Source of the DNA: a virus
Direction: 5' to 3' (one strand)
Virus record (IMG/VR): IMGVR_UViG_3300034063_000844
DNA: 41,716 nt
The translations under genes and the position numbers were made by a program. Each line of letters begins with the position of its first letter. The first letter of the stretch is position 1. Of the stretch, positions 22,765-31,023 are shown one piece after another. Below the pieces are notes generated by a model. The model made no database searches. It saw nothing but the letters and a program-made list of their open reading frames with translations, and had not been told where the DNA came from.

Positions 22765-23844
22765 CTAAAGTTGTTTTAAAACAGCTGCTTGTTGTTTTAT
22801 ATTTTCTCCAGTCAAGTGATAATAAACTTCAACAGTCGAAGTATTGACCCCCATAAGTTCAGCAGTTACTGACTTAGGAATCATGTTTGACGCGCACAAA
22901 CAACCAAAAGAATGACGGGCAACATGTGTTGTCAGTTCTTTTTTAAAGCCAGCAATAGCTCCAATGGCTTTAAGCATGACGTTACATTTTTGATTGCTCA
23001 TAGGTGGGGGAAGATCCCGTACTACACGTAAAATCTTGCCCAGGGTTTTCCCAATGGGCAAAACAACAAACTTTTTATTTTTCTTTGCGCGAAGTTTCAA
23101 ATATCCACCTTCTACCATTGTATCGTAATGAAAACGACCCCAGTCACTATGCCGAAGGCCACTGTAACAACCCAAAAGAAAATAGTAAGCCGTTACGCGC
23201 ATAGTTCCGGAAAACTTTTCTACTGATTGAAATAAATGCTTTAGCTCCTCTTGGGTTAAATAAACACGGTCAGTCTGCCTAAATTTTGGCATGTCATAAC
23301 TGGTGAAAGGGTTTTCTTTAATGAGCTTTTCAGCTGTTGCTTGGCTCAATATCCTTCGCATATACTTAAACGTTGTATTGATCGTATTATTAGCCATGCC
23401 GCGGCTTCTTTCATGCTGTTCAAATTTTCTTAAAAACGCAACGTTTATATCGGATAACAATACTCCCGATCCTGCAAAAGCTGAAATTCTATTAAGCTCC
23501 TTTTCGTCAGCTCGCACTTCGCGGGCAAACTTTGCGAACGTTTTGTCAACCTGGGTTTCACCTCTTATTATTTTTTTTGTTATGGAAACGCCCTCTAAAT
23601 TTCGGCTTACCAGGTCACGTTCAACGTCTGCAATTTTTCTACGTATAGAAACGTTTATCAGTGCCGCGTTTTCGTGATTAATTACGCACCGTAACTCTTC
23701 GCTCCACTGATTAATGTGGACACGGTGGCCAGTCAAAATGTAGGTAACCTTTCGGTTTATGGTTACAGCTATTTTGATTGAGTAAATTTGTGCCGTGTTT
23801 TTTTGATAGTTCCACAGCATTGGACGAATGGTAAACTTCTCCAT
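22765..23844 (-). CDS. int: Tyrosine recombinase / phage integrase
   Basis: N-terminal SAM-like region, then LRHSDW ... HVARHSFG ... VEVYYH (R, HxxR and Y catalytic pattern). Confidence 0.9.
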   Translation of the reverse strand: MEKFTIRPMLWNYQKNTAQIYSIKIAVTINRKVTYILTGHRVHINQWSEELRCVINHENAALINVSIRRKIADVERDLVSRNLEGVSITKKIIRGETQVDKTFAKFAREVRADEKELNRISAFAGSGVLLSDINVAFLRKFEQHERSRGMANNTINTTFKYMRRILSQATAEKLIKENPFTSYDMPKFRQTDRVYLTQEELKHLFQSVEKFSGTMRVTAYYFLLGCYSGLRHSDWGRFHYDTMVEGGYLKLRAKKNKKFVVLPIGKTLGKILRVVRDLPPPMSNQKCNVMLKAIGAIAGFKKELTTHVARHSFGCLCASNMIPKSVTAELMGVNTSTVEVYYHLTGENIKQQAAVLKQL

Positions 23845-23845
23845 A

Positions 23846-24074
23846 CTTAAAACAGTGCTTAAAACAAACTTAAAACAAAAGTGCCAAAAATCGACTAAAA
23901 CTGCAACTTTCTGACAGCCGAAGGGAACACTTAAAACACGTCAAAAGCCTTGTTAAAACGACAAAAGCCGCTACTGGAGCGACTTTCGTTAATTTTGAAC
24001 TGTGATCCCGCTGGGACTCGAACTATCCTTGCCCATGGCTGGTTTCAGGGCATACTTAAAACATACTTAAAACA
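23846..24074. other. attP region: tRNA 3'-end-like core flanked by arm-type direct repeats
   Basis: CTTAAAACA occurs at 23846, 23858, 23869, 23930, 24055 and 24066. Core 24001-24023 has revcomp GTTCGAGTCCCAGCGGGATCACA (T-loop, T-stem 3' strand and acceptor 3' strand). Confidence 0.55.
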
Positions 24075-24077
24075 ATG

Positions 24078-24452
24078 CTATTTAATAAATAGAATTGACG
24101 CTGAACCTCCGCTGGGGGCAAAAACTTTGAATATTTTATTATTGATGAAGCAATAATTTGCGTCAATTATATTCCCAAACATTGGGTGTTTCTCTCTCTT
24201 AACTGGTCCTACCCAGTACACGCCCTGGAACCCTAAAGCCTTATTAGCAACCTTTCCCACCGCTGCAAGCTGTATCTTTTCTAAGTCCTGCTGGGTTGCA
24301 ATGCGCCACTCACTACCCGCTTTTTGCAAGCTATCGGAAATGTCTGCCAGCGTTTCAATCAATACCGGTCTTCCATAGTTGTAACTAAGAGTGTCTTGCC
24401 CTTTTGATATGAAGGGTAAAACAAAAATTAATACTGTAAAAATAGTTTTCAT
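24078..24452 (-). CDS. Secreted protein of unknown function (moron)
   Basis: Signal peptide MKTIFTVLIFVLPFISKGQ. It is the last gene before attP. Confidence 0.6.
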   Translation of the reverse strand: MKTIFTVLIFVLPFISKGQDTLSYNYGRPVLIETLADISDSLQKAGSEWRIATQQDLEKIQLAAVGKVANKALGFQGVYWVGPVKREKHPMFGNIIDANYCFINNKIFKVFAPSGGSASILFIK

Positions 24453-24455
24453 ATA

Positions 24456-24680
24456 TTAGAATTTAACTGTTGTAAGTTCCTTTGCTAACTTTTTAACGGC
24501 TGCATGCATTATAGCCTTGTCTTCATTAGTAAAGTCAATAGGCTGCTTATTGCCGTCAATGCCATTCAGTTTGTGGTAGTAACGCTTAACCTCCGGGCAG
24601 TACCTTGTAAAAAACTGCCTTGCTGGAACAACTTTAAAAAATTCATCTCTTGTCATGCGGGCAAATGTAGTATAAGACAT
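24456..24680 (-). CDS. Hypothetical protein (74 aa), first gene of the moron
   Basis: The start is set at ATG 24680 (MSYTTFARMTRDEFF...). The longer track ORF would run through a terminator. Confidence 0.5.
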   Translation of the reverse strand: MSYTTFARMTRDEFFKVVPARQFFTRYCPEVKRYYHKLNGIDGNKQPIDFTNEDKAIMHAAVKKLAKELTTVKF

Positions 24681-24710
24681 TGTACCAAAAAAGATATTTT
24701 CATCTTTTTT

Positions 24711-24743
24711 AAACAAAAAAAGCCCGGCGTAGAAACGCCAGGC
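24711..24743 (-). terminator. Rho-independent terminator after the endolysin gene
   Basis: On the minus strand: GCCUGGCG-UUUCUA-CGCCGGGC (one G-U pair) followed by UUUUUUUGUUU. Confidence 0.65.
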
Positions 24744-24773
24744 CAAAACAACTGCATGAAAAAACCGCCGGTT

Positions 24774-25325
24774 TTACGCTTCGTTTGCCGATATAGGCAT
24801 GCCATTAGGAGAAACTATCCGTGCAATAGCCGAAACAGGTAACCCTGATCGGTACTCCGGACGGCGTACTCCTGAAAGTCTTGTTTTTAATATGCGTGTA
24901 ATACTGAAACGGTTTCCCTGGTTGCCACCCATAACATGGTAGGTGGTTTCGTCTTCAGCTATGTATATTCCTACATGGCCGCCACCCTGACGGGTAAATA
25001 CAAGGGTATCTCCCAGTACAGGGGTAATAACCTCTTTTCCGAATCTCAAAAATGAAGCAGCTCGCAGCCGATCCCACCCACTGAAAGGAACTACTTTGCC
25101 GGCTCGTATAGCAATAGCCGTTTGAGCAACAGCGCACCAGGGGGTGTCGTCATTTTTGTAAATATCCGAAACGCCGGCGTCCTTTGCCAGCTGCATGATT
25201 ACTCGATTGCTTTTTGCCCCACTGATTTCAGTGGTGTCTTGATCCAGCAGCTTTAGACCCTCGGCTACCATTTTGGGAAGTACCGGAATCTTTAACAGCC
25301 ATTCATACTGTTTGGGGAGTTTCAT
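24774..25325 (-). CDS. Endolysin, NlpC/P60-CHAP-like (TIGR02594-type)
   Basis: Start at ATG 25325 (ATGA overlap). Catalytic-type Cys (DDTPWCAVAQ) and His (GGGHVGIY). Confidence 0.7.
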   Translation of the reverse strand: MKLPKQYEWLLKIPVLPKMVAEGLKLLDQDTTEISGAKSNRVIMQLAKDAGVSDIYKNDDTPWCAVAQTAIAIRAGKVVPFSGWDRLRAASFLRFGKEVITPVLGDTLVFTRQGGGHVGIYIAEDETTYHVMGGNQGNRFSITRILKTRLSGVRRPEYRSGLPVSAIARIVSPNGMPISANEA

Positions 25326-25864
25326 TTTGTACGAATTTTGAAATACAACCATGTAACATTTGAAACAAAAAAAGCAACAACGGCGGCAATGAAATACCAC
25401 AACCATTTGTCACTTTTTGAAATGCGTTTGTCCTTTTCCGTTAGTTGCCCTTCAAGTTTTGAAATAGACATTCGCAGCTGGCTGATAGTTTCCGCGTCAG
25501 CCTTTTGTTTTTGTCTATCAACAACGGTTACCCTAATGGTGTCCGGACGCTTAACAGCAAACTTTTTTCTACTTACTGAAAGCTGACCGTCAAAAAAGCC
25601 CTGGTCATAGGCGTTACCAGGGTTATAAACGGTATCTATTTGAGGAACCGGGTAGGGTATGCTGTCTACCCCTCCAGAAAACCATACTCCAACGGTATCA
25701 TTTGCACAGGGGTACAGCTCCAATACAGCCGGCTTTATCTGATCAATTAGCGCACGGCTGCCCAGCACCCGATCAACAGCTTTGGCGTCCTTACGCGCTG
25801 CCTTCTTTACAGGGCTGCACGAAAAGAAACAAACCAGGGCAATAAATAGGGTCAGCTGTTTCAT
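25322..25864 (-). CDS. Unimolecular-spanin-like lysis protein (N-terminal lipoprotein signal plus C-terminal TM)
   Basis: N-terminus MKQLTLFIALVCFFSCSP, a coiled-coil segment and a C-terminal WLWYFIAAVVAFFVSNVTWLYF. Confidence 0.5.
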   Translation of the reverse strand: MKQLTLFIALVCFFSCSPVKKAARKDAKAVDRVLGSRALIDQIKPAVLELYPCANDTVGVWFSGGVDSIPYPVPQIDTVYNPGNAYDQGFFDGQLSVSRKKFAVKRPDTIRVTVVDRQKQKADAETISQLRMSISKLEGQLTEKDKRISKSDKWLWYFIAAVVAFFVSNVTWLYFKIRTK

Positions 25865-26094
25865 GCTTCCTTTTTGAAAACTTCTCCGTTGCTGTTCTGA
25901 AAAAGGTTTTTCAAAACATAAGAAAGGCCGGCAGTAAGTCCGATCAATGCGTGAGCTTTCAGCTGGTCAACGGTAGGCAGCTGGCCACCGTCCAGGATAA
26001 CAATAAGTCCGCTTAATGCAGCGGTAAGAAACGCGATCAAAAAACCATTTAAGGCGTCGCGAAGATTCAGGGTTCCGAATTTTGACTGATTCAT
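25861..26094 (-). CDS. Holin candidate (two TM segments)
   Basis: 77 aa with hydrophobic stretches FLIAFLTAALSGLIVIL and ALIGLTAGLSYVL, in the lysis cassette. Confidence 0.5.
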   Translation of the reverse strand: MNQSKFGTLNLRDALNGFLIAFLTAALSGLIVILDGGQLPTVDQLKAHALIGLTAGLSYVLKNLFQNSNGEVFKKEA

Positions 26095-26104
26095 ATATTA
26101 GGAT

Positions 26105-26350
26105 TTAATTTTGCTTGTCTTGTTTATTTTGAAGAGCAATTTTTACTTCATTGATACCGTCCTGGAGCTTGTCCAGTTTCAGGTTAATTTGCTCGTCAGT
26201 TTTTTCTTTGGCATTCATTCGTAATTCTAATGCGGACAGCCGAACGTCAGTGGTTTTCCAAAACATCAGGATTGCACTAATAATAATTACGCTGGCTCCC
26301 AGCAGTTCACCGTGAGTAATGCCTAACTTCTTTTTGGGTTCCAGTTCCAT
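26105..26350 (-). CDS. Single-TM coiled-coil protein (holin/antiholin-associated?)
   Basis: 81 aa with TM segment LLGASVIIISAILMFW followed by a charged helix. Confidence 0.5.
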   Translation of the reverse strand: MELEPKKKLGITHGELLGASVIIISAILMFWKTTDVRLSALELRMNAKEKTDEQINLKLDKLQDGINEVKIALQNKQDKQN

Positions 26351-26727
26351 TATTTTGCTTTTTTAGAGGGTTTTTTAATTCTTTGAAATTGAGATAAAAT
26401 ATAATCGTCAATTAAATCAGGATTGGCTCCCCACTTCTTTGCTACACTTGCAGGAATATTCAGGTTCATATCGGAAACCTGTTTTCCGTTTTTGTCAAAA
26501 AGCTGTATGTATGTTTTGAAACCAGCTGTTGAATCATTTCGGCAAACGTCAAATGCGTTCCAGGTAATTGATCGCGCTGTATCGTTTTGAATGCCTACAA
26601 CCAACGGCTCAATTTCAAAAGCGCCAACGTGTAGGAATATTGAATCTTGCAAGGCTTCAGAAGGCTTTTTTTGAGCGCTTGCATTTACAGCTATAAAAGC
26701 CAAAAAAGCAAAAAGCAAGTTTTTCAT
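26350..26727 (-). CDS. Secreted protein of unknown function
   Basis: Signal peptide MKNLLFAFLAFIAVNASAQ. Confidence 0.55.
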   Translation of the reverse strand: MKNLLFAFLAFIAVNASAQKKPSEALQDSIFLHVGAFEIEPLVVGIQNDTARSITWNAFDVCRNDSTAGFKTYIQLFDKNGKQVSDMNLNIPASVAKKWGANPDLIDDYILSQFQRIKKPSKKAK

Positions 26728-26756
26728 GTATGATATTTTAGAATTTAGATATGATT

Positions 26757-29525
26757 TTATTGTACTTGATATTGAAATGAACCGTAAAAACCAAAAGAAG
26801 TAACTCCGGTTGGCGCATAAAAACTAAATTGAGCGTCAGCAGTTGTCGCCGCGTAAATACTTGCACCCATTGTGCCACTTGATAAATTATATACTGCTGA
26901 ACCACTACATTGAGTAAGATTAGTAAATGCGTTACCTACTGGAATGCTCATTTTAAATTGATTGGTAGCAGCAGCAGTACAAGTTCCACTTACATTAAAA
27001 AATACGGTTACGATATTTCCAATTCTTTGATATGTTGCAGAATTAAAAACAAGCCCCGACGTATTACTAACATTTGTCAATGTAGACGTGTAGGTACCAC
27101 TTATTAATGTTTGAACACTACCGTTTGCCATTAATGATTGCGATGAAGTTCCACCTGACTTTACTATTGTTGCTGCCGTAGCAGTTCCGGAAGCAGTTAT
27201 ATTTCCACTTACGTCAAGTTTAGCGCTGGGGCTTGAAGTGCCTATACCAACGTCACCTGCGGAAGTGATACGCATGTGTTCTACATTATTTGTGAAAAAG
27301 TTTAAAGCAGCAGTTCCTGATAAATAATTAGTACCAACCATCCCCATTCCCCACCGTGTATTATAATCACTTATTGAAGCAGCCCAACTAAAACCAATAG
27401 TTGCATATTCGCCAACATTAGAACCACTATAATTTACATTAATCCCAGAACCTGCTGTATTAAGTGCAGTTCTATTTGTAGCTATTATGTCAAGTTTGTT
27501 AACAGGACTTGTCGTGCCTATACCTACGTTGCCTGTCGGAGTGATACGAATTCTTTCAGTTGGGGTTACATCAGTGCCATTAGCTACCGTTGTAACACCG
27601 TCAGTGTAAAATGCTATCCCTCCACCAGCAGCGCCTACTGCAATAGCCGACTTGCCCCATGGCACGCCAGTACTTGAAGCAAAACCTCCGGCTGTTGCTG
27701 TGTATTTATACCCGTTACCTATTACCGTCGCCGCTGAACTGGACTGCCTAAATATATTTGCATAAGACGCTCCTGAACCTTCAGCAAAAGAATAGTTATA
27801 AGAAGGAAGCAAGCCTATCCCGGCTGCTCCAGTTGCTGTTGTTCCTACCAGTATATTTCCGGAACTTGTACCAACTGTCAAACCATTTGTAAACAGTCCG
27901 CTGCCGCTAACCTGCAATCTATCTACTCCATTATCAGTAGTAGTTCCGATTAATACGTTCCCTCCAGAAGCGATACGCATACGTTCTAAAGTACTTGTTC
28001 CTAATATTAATGGCTGAGCCGCATTTGTACCAACACCCAAAGGAACAGAAGCAGTATTGAATACAGTTGATATATTTTGTGATGTAAAGCCAAAAAGACC
28101 ACCACCAGAAGCACCTAAAGCCAAATCGTAACCACCACCATTAATACTTATCTGCCTTAATCCTGTGCTATTGCCTACTTGTAATGTTGTCGCCGGGCTT
28201 GAAGTGCCTATACCTACGTCACCTGTGGAAGTGATACGGACACGCTCACTTGCATCTTGATAAATACCAAAATCGCTTATGCCGTTAGCGTTACTTCTTA
28301 ATGACCAGTTTACTACACCTCCTGATGAAAGCTCTAATCTTGGTGATGTAGCTGATGTTCCAGTAACTCTAATTATTCCTGATGAGGCAGAAACCTCAAG
28401 GTTAGTTGCTGGACTTGTAGTACCTATACCTAAGTTGCCTGCGGAAGTAATACGCATACGTTCAGCAACGGTATTACTTCCTCTTGTCAAAAATGACATA
28501 TAGGCGTCGGTTGTTGCTGCCCCATTCCACGCGCTCCTAATAACAGTTTGAGATGCACTTCCAATTCCTGCAAAGTTTAATGCAGTTCCTAAATTTGCGG
28601 CTGCTGCGTTTGTATTTTCAAAAATTACCGCATCTTGAATACCCGCGCCACTTGCGTTAACTTGAAATTTTGCGAATAAACTTGTCGTGCCTATCCCCAC
28701 ATTGGTTCCGTTATCAAATAATTGTGAGTTACCAATAGCAGTAGAAGACGTAAATTTTGGAATTCGATTAGTCGTTCCGCTTCCAGTTGTTCGTAGGGCA
28801 TTTGCGCTATCAACATACCCCTTATTAACCAAACTTCGGCTGTCAAAAAGTGAACCGTAATTGGTAGCATATTTTGCCACTCCGGAAAGTAAAGAGGACC
28901 CTGTTACTTGAAGCCTATAAGCACTGCTATCTATTGAGCCGCCAACGTTTATGTTCCCGCTTGGATGAATCCTTAGCCTGTCGTTACTATCATTTGAGCC
29001 TAAACTTAAATAATTGTTTGCTCCAGCTCGCATAAATAAGCCACCCGACGTGTAGGCAATACGACCTATGTTTCCTGAAGTAGCAGTTTCAAAAAGAAGC
29101 TGACCAGTTCCCGAAGCGTTATCATGTAAGGTTGTTAAAGCTGACTGAAAGGTTTTTTCACCAAATACGGTTTCGTTACCCGTTTTATGTACAACATTAA
29201 AATCTCGCGCGTATGGTGACAGCATTCCAGCAGTGTCACTTATATTCAACTTCAGGTTAATTCGGTTACTCAATGAAGTTGTATCAGTTGATCCACCACC
29301 TCCAACTTTTTGGTGCTTTCCTTTATATCTCCAATATAGCCCAGTAGTGTCGCTTTTGTTTATGTAGATCAGAGCTGTATCAGCAGCACTCAAAAACGAA
29401 GTGCTATCCTTTACCGGAATGCCTAACCCTGTTCCAAACCTTTGCTTACCAGCTATGGGTGTCCATGACTGGCCAGCGGCAGCAAGTGTACAAAAGATAA
29501 GAAGTGAAAAAATCAGTTTTTTCAT
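26757..29525 (-). CDS. Repeat-rich tail fibre-like protein with an N-terminal signal-peptide-like segment
   Basis: N-terminus MKKLIFSLLIFCTLAAAGQ. At least six copies of a motif like ERMRITSAGNLGIGTTSPATNLEVS. Located after the baseplate genes. Confidence 0.65.
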   Translation of the reverse strand: MKKLIFSLLIFCTLAAAGQSWTPIAGKQRFGTGLGIPVKDSTSFLSAADTALIYINKSDTTGLYWRYKGKHQKVGGGGSTDTTSLSNRINLKLNISDTAGMLSPYARDFNVVHKTGNETVFGEKTFQSALTTLHDNASGTGQLLFETATSGNIGRIAYTSGGLFMRAGANNYLSLGSNDSNDRLRIHPSGNINVGGSIDSSAYRLQVTGSSLLSGVAKYATNYGSLFDSRSLVNKGYVDSANALRTTGSGTTNRIPKFTSSTAIGNSQLFDNGTNVGIGTTSLFAKFQVNASGAGIQDAVIFENTNAAAANLGTALNFAGIGSASQTVIRSAWNGAATTDAYMSFLTRGSNTVAERMRITSAGNLGIGTTSPATNLEVSASSGIIRVTGTSATSPRLELSSGGVVNWSLRSNANGISDFGIYQDASERVRITSTGDVGIGTSSPATTLQVGNSTGLRQISINGGGYDLALGASGGGLFGFTSQNISTVFNTASVPLGVGTNAAQPLILGTSTLERMRIASGGNVLIGTTTDNGVDRLQVSGSGLFTNGLTVGTSSGNILVGTTATGAAGIGLLPSYNYSFAEGSGASYANIFRQSSSAATVIGNGYKYTATAGGFASSTGVPWGKSAIAVGAAGGGIAFYTDGVTTVANGTDVTPTERIRITPTGNVGIGTTSPVNKLDIIATNRTALNTAGSGINVNYSGSNVGEYATIGFSWAASISDYNTRWGMGMVGTNYLSGTAALNFFTNNVEHMRITSAGDVGIGTSSPSAKLDVSGNITASGTATAATIVKSGGTSSQSLMANGSVQTLISGTYTSTLTNVSNTSGLVFNSATYQRIGNIVTVFFNVSGTCTAAATNQFKMSIPVGNAFTNLTQCSGSAVYNLSSGTMGASIYAATTADAQFSFYAPTGVTSFGFYGSFQYQVQ

Positions 29526-29526
29526 A

Positions 29527-30102
29527 TTAAGAAGTCACAGTTTTTGAGTAAAGGATAAAAAGCGAAACGTCCAGGTCCACGGTAACGCCATTAAGAAGTG
29601 TCAGCACCCCGGTAGTTTTATTCCATGACCATTGAGAACTGAATAGCGGCTTTATCTCTCTTTCTACTTGTACAATGTCGCAGCCGATTAGTGGGTTTCC
29701 GTTAATATCCAGCGGGGTGAGTACCGTAACGCCGTCCTGATTGCTGGTAAATGAAGTAGAAAGGGTAACAGTATAGATTCCTGAAGCCGTTGGAGGAACG
29801 TAAGGGGTTGAAGGAACGTTGGGAACGCTGTTTATAGGTGCCTGCTGGGTGACGTAATAAACATTCCCCAAACTGCTCATATCGGTTGAATAACGTTGAC
29901 CCGTAGCCGCAAAAGCTGCATTGATAAGCTGGTCTACTACCAAACTATCATCCCAAACAAACTCTTGCCGGCTGTAAATTTGCTCGTCCAGTCCTTCAAT
30001 GCCGTTGTCTTGCATTAGCCTGTACAAATAGTCCAGCGAGCCATAAGTTTGTAGGCATACGTCATAAATAGACTGACCTGCTATTGCGCTATATATTCGC
30101 AT
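29527..30102 (-). CDS. Baseplate-module protein with an N-terminal LysM-like (P2 gpX-like) domain
   Basis: Pattern MRIYSAIAGQSIYDVCLQTYGSLDYLYRLMQDNGI. Confidence 0.5.
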   Translation of the reverse strand: MRIYSAIAGQSIYDVCLQTYGSLDYLYRLMQDNGIEGLDEQIYSRQEFVWDDSLVVDQLINAAFAATGQRYSTDMSSLGNVYYVTQQAPINSVPNVPSTPYVPPTASGIYTVTLSTSFTSNQDGVTVLTPLDINGNPLIGCDIVQVEREIKPLFSSQWSWNKTTGVLTLLNGVTVDLDVSLFILYSKTVTS

Positions 30103-30403
30103 TGGGTACGGCGTTGGGGTTAACAGTTAACTTTCCGGAGCTGTCAACACTTACCTGGGGGTTTGATACCTTGTACCCGTCAGAAGTAAGCTGTATTTGA
30201 ATGGATCTTTTTAAGGCTTGCTCCTGACCGGCACTATTGAAGTAAGCAAAAACGCCCACTCCGTCAGCTGGGTTTTCTTTCCACCAGCCAGGGAAGGCAT
30301 TTAAAGTGTCAGCTATGTGCTGGTTATCGCTTTCGGTAACGGCAAAGTCACCTCCAGTGATAAATATGTCGTTTTCAGAAAGTGCGAAGTCTTGGTTTGC
30401 CAT
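30089..30403 (-). CDS. Small baseplate-module protein (gpW/gp25-position)
   Basis: 104 aa. Assigned by position only, between the spike and the LysM protein. Confidence 0.45.
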   Translation of the reverse strand: MANQDFALSENDIFITGGDFAVTESDNQHIADTLNAFPGWWKENPADGVGVFAYFNSAGQEQALKRSIQIQLTSDGYKVSNPQVSVDSSGKLTVNPNAVPNANI

Positions 30404-31023
30404 TAGCCATGAACAATTTTCTCGTTTTCAATGTCAGCTCTTTGTGTTGGCGTAAGCGATCCAGTTACTTGCGTGGGTGTGGTTGCTGAACTTCCTGGTC
30501 CTGTTGTTACTCCAGTGTGAACGTGGCTGTTGTATGCCGTAATCAACTGGTTAACCTTATTCTCCAGGTTGTTTAACTTTTGGGTCAGCTGAATAACCTT
30601 TACCAGTCCTCCCATTGCACCGTCATTCAGCTTTATCTCTCCGTCACTTATCAGAACTTTAGTTTGTGCTATTTCTAACAACAAACCTTCCGTATCAACC
30701 TGTATGCTGGCGTTATTTTCACCAGCAACAAGCAAAACCTTTTCTATTCCACTAAATAAAGCAATAAAGGGCTGATTGAATGTGCTGTACGCTATAATAA
30801 CAGTACTGTCAATTGAAGGAACCAGCAAAAAGCCGTCGTCTATGCTGGCCATTAACTGCACGTTTTCAATTGTAACAGAACCTTGGCTGGAAACCGATGT
30901 CACTACACACGTTCTTTTTGATTCGTTTACGCTGTCCACGGTTGCGGATAACAGGCTTACGTTATCCCGAAGCTGCGTTCCTGTCATTCGTTGCACCGCT
31001 TCTATGATCTGCCGGTTATTCAT
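30403..31023 (-). CDS. Baseplate central spike (gpV-like)
   Basis: Order of domains is OB-like N-terminus, beta-helix-like middle, then an apex HxH motif (NSHVHTG). Confidence 0.65.
   Translation of the reverse strand: MNNRQIIEAVQRMTGTQLRDNVSLLSATVDSVNESKRTCVVTSVSSQGSVTIENVQLMASIDDGFLLVPSIDSTVIIAYSTFNQPFIALFSGIEKVLLVAGENNASIQVDTEGLLLEIAQTKVLISDGEIKLNDGAMGGLVKVIQLTQKLNNLENKVNQLITAYNSHVHTGVTTGPGSSATTPTQVTGSLTPTQRADIENEKIVHG

Noticed and set aside
24001-24023. Phage-encoded tRNA gene
   Set aside because: Only the T-loop, T-stem 3' strand and acceptor 3' strand are present. The upstream sequence cannot pair to form the T-stem or acceptor stem, so it is an attP core rather than a tRNA.
24681-24746. 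Longer version of the 24456 ORF (MAWRFYAGLFLFKKDENIFFGT...)
   Set aside because: The extra codons coincide with the terminator hairpin and T-run after the endolysin gene. The internal ATG at 24680 gives a sensible start.
26757-29525. Diversity-generating retroelement acting on the fibre gene
   Set aside because: No reverse transcriptase ORF exists anywhere in the window. The repeated DNA segments are in-frame structural repeats within one gene, not a template/variable repeat pair with adenine-specific differences.
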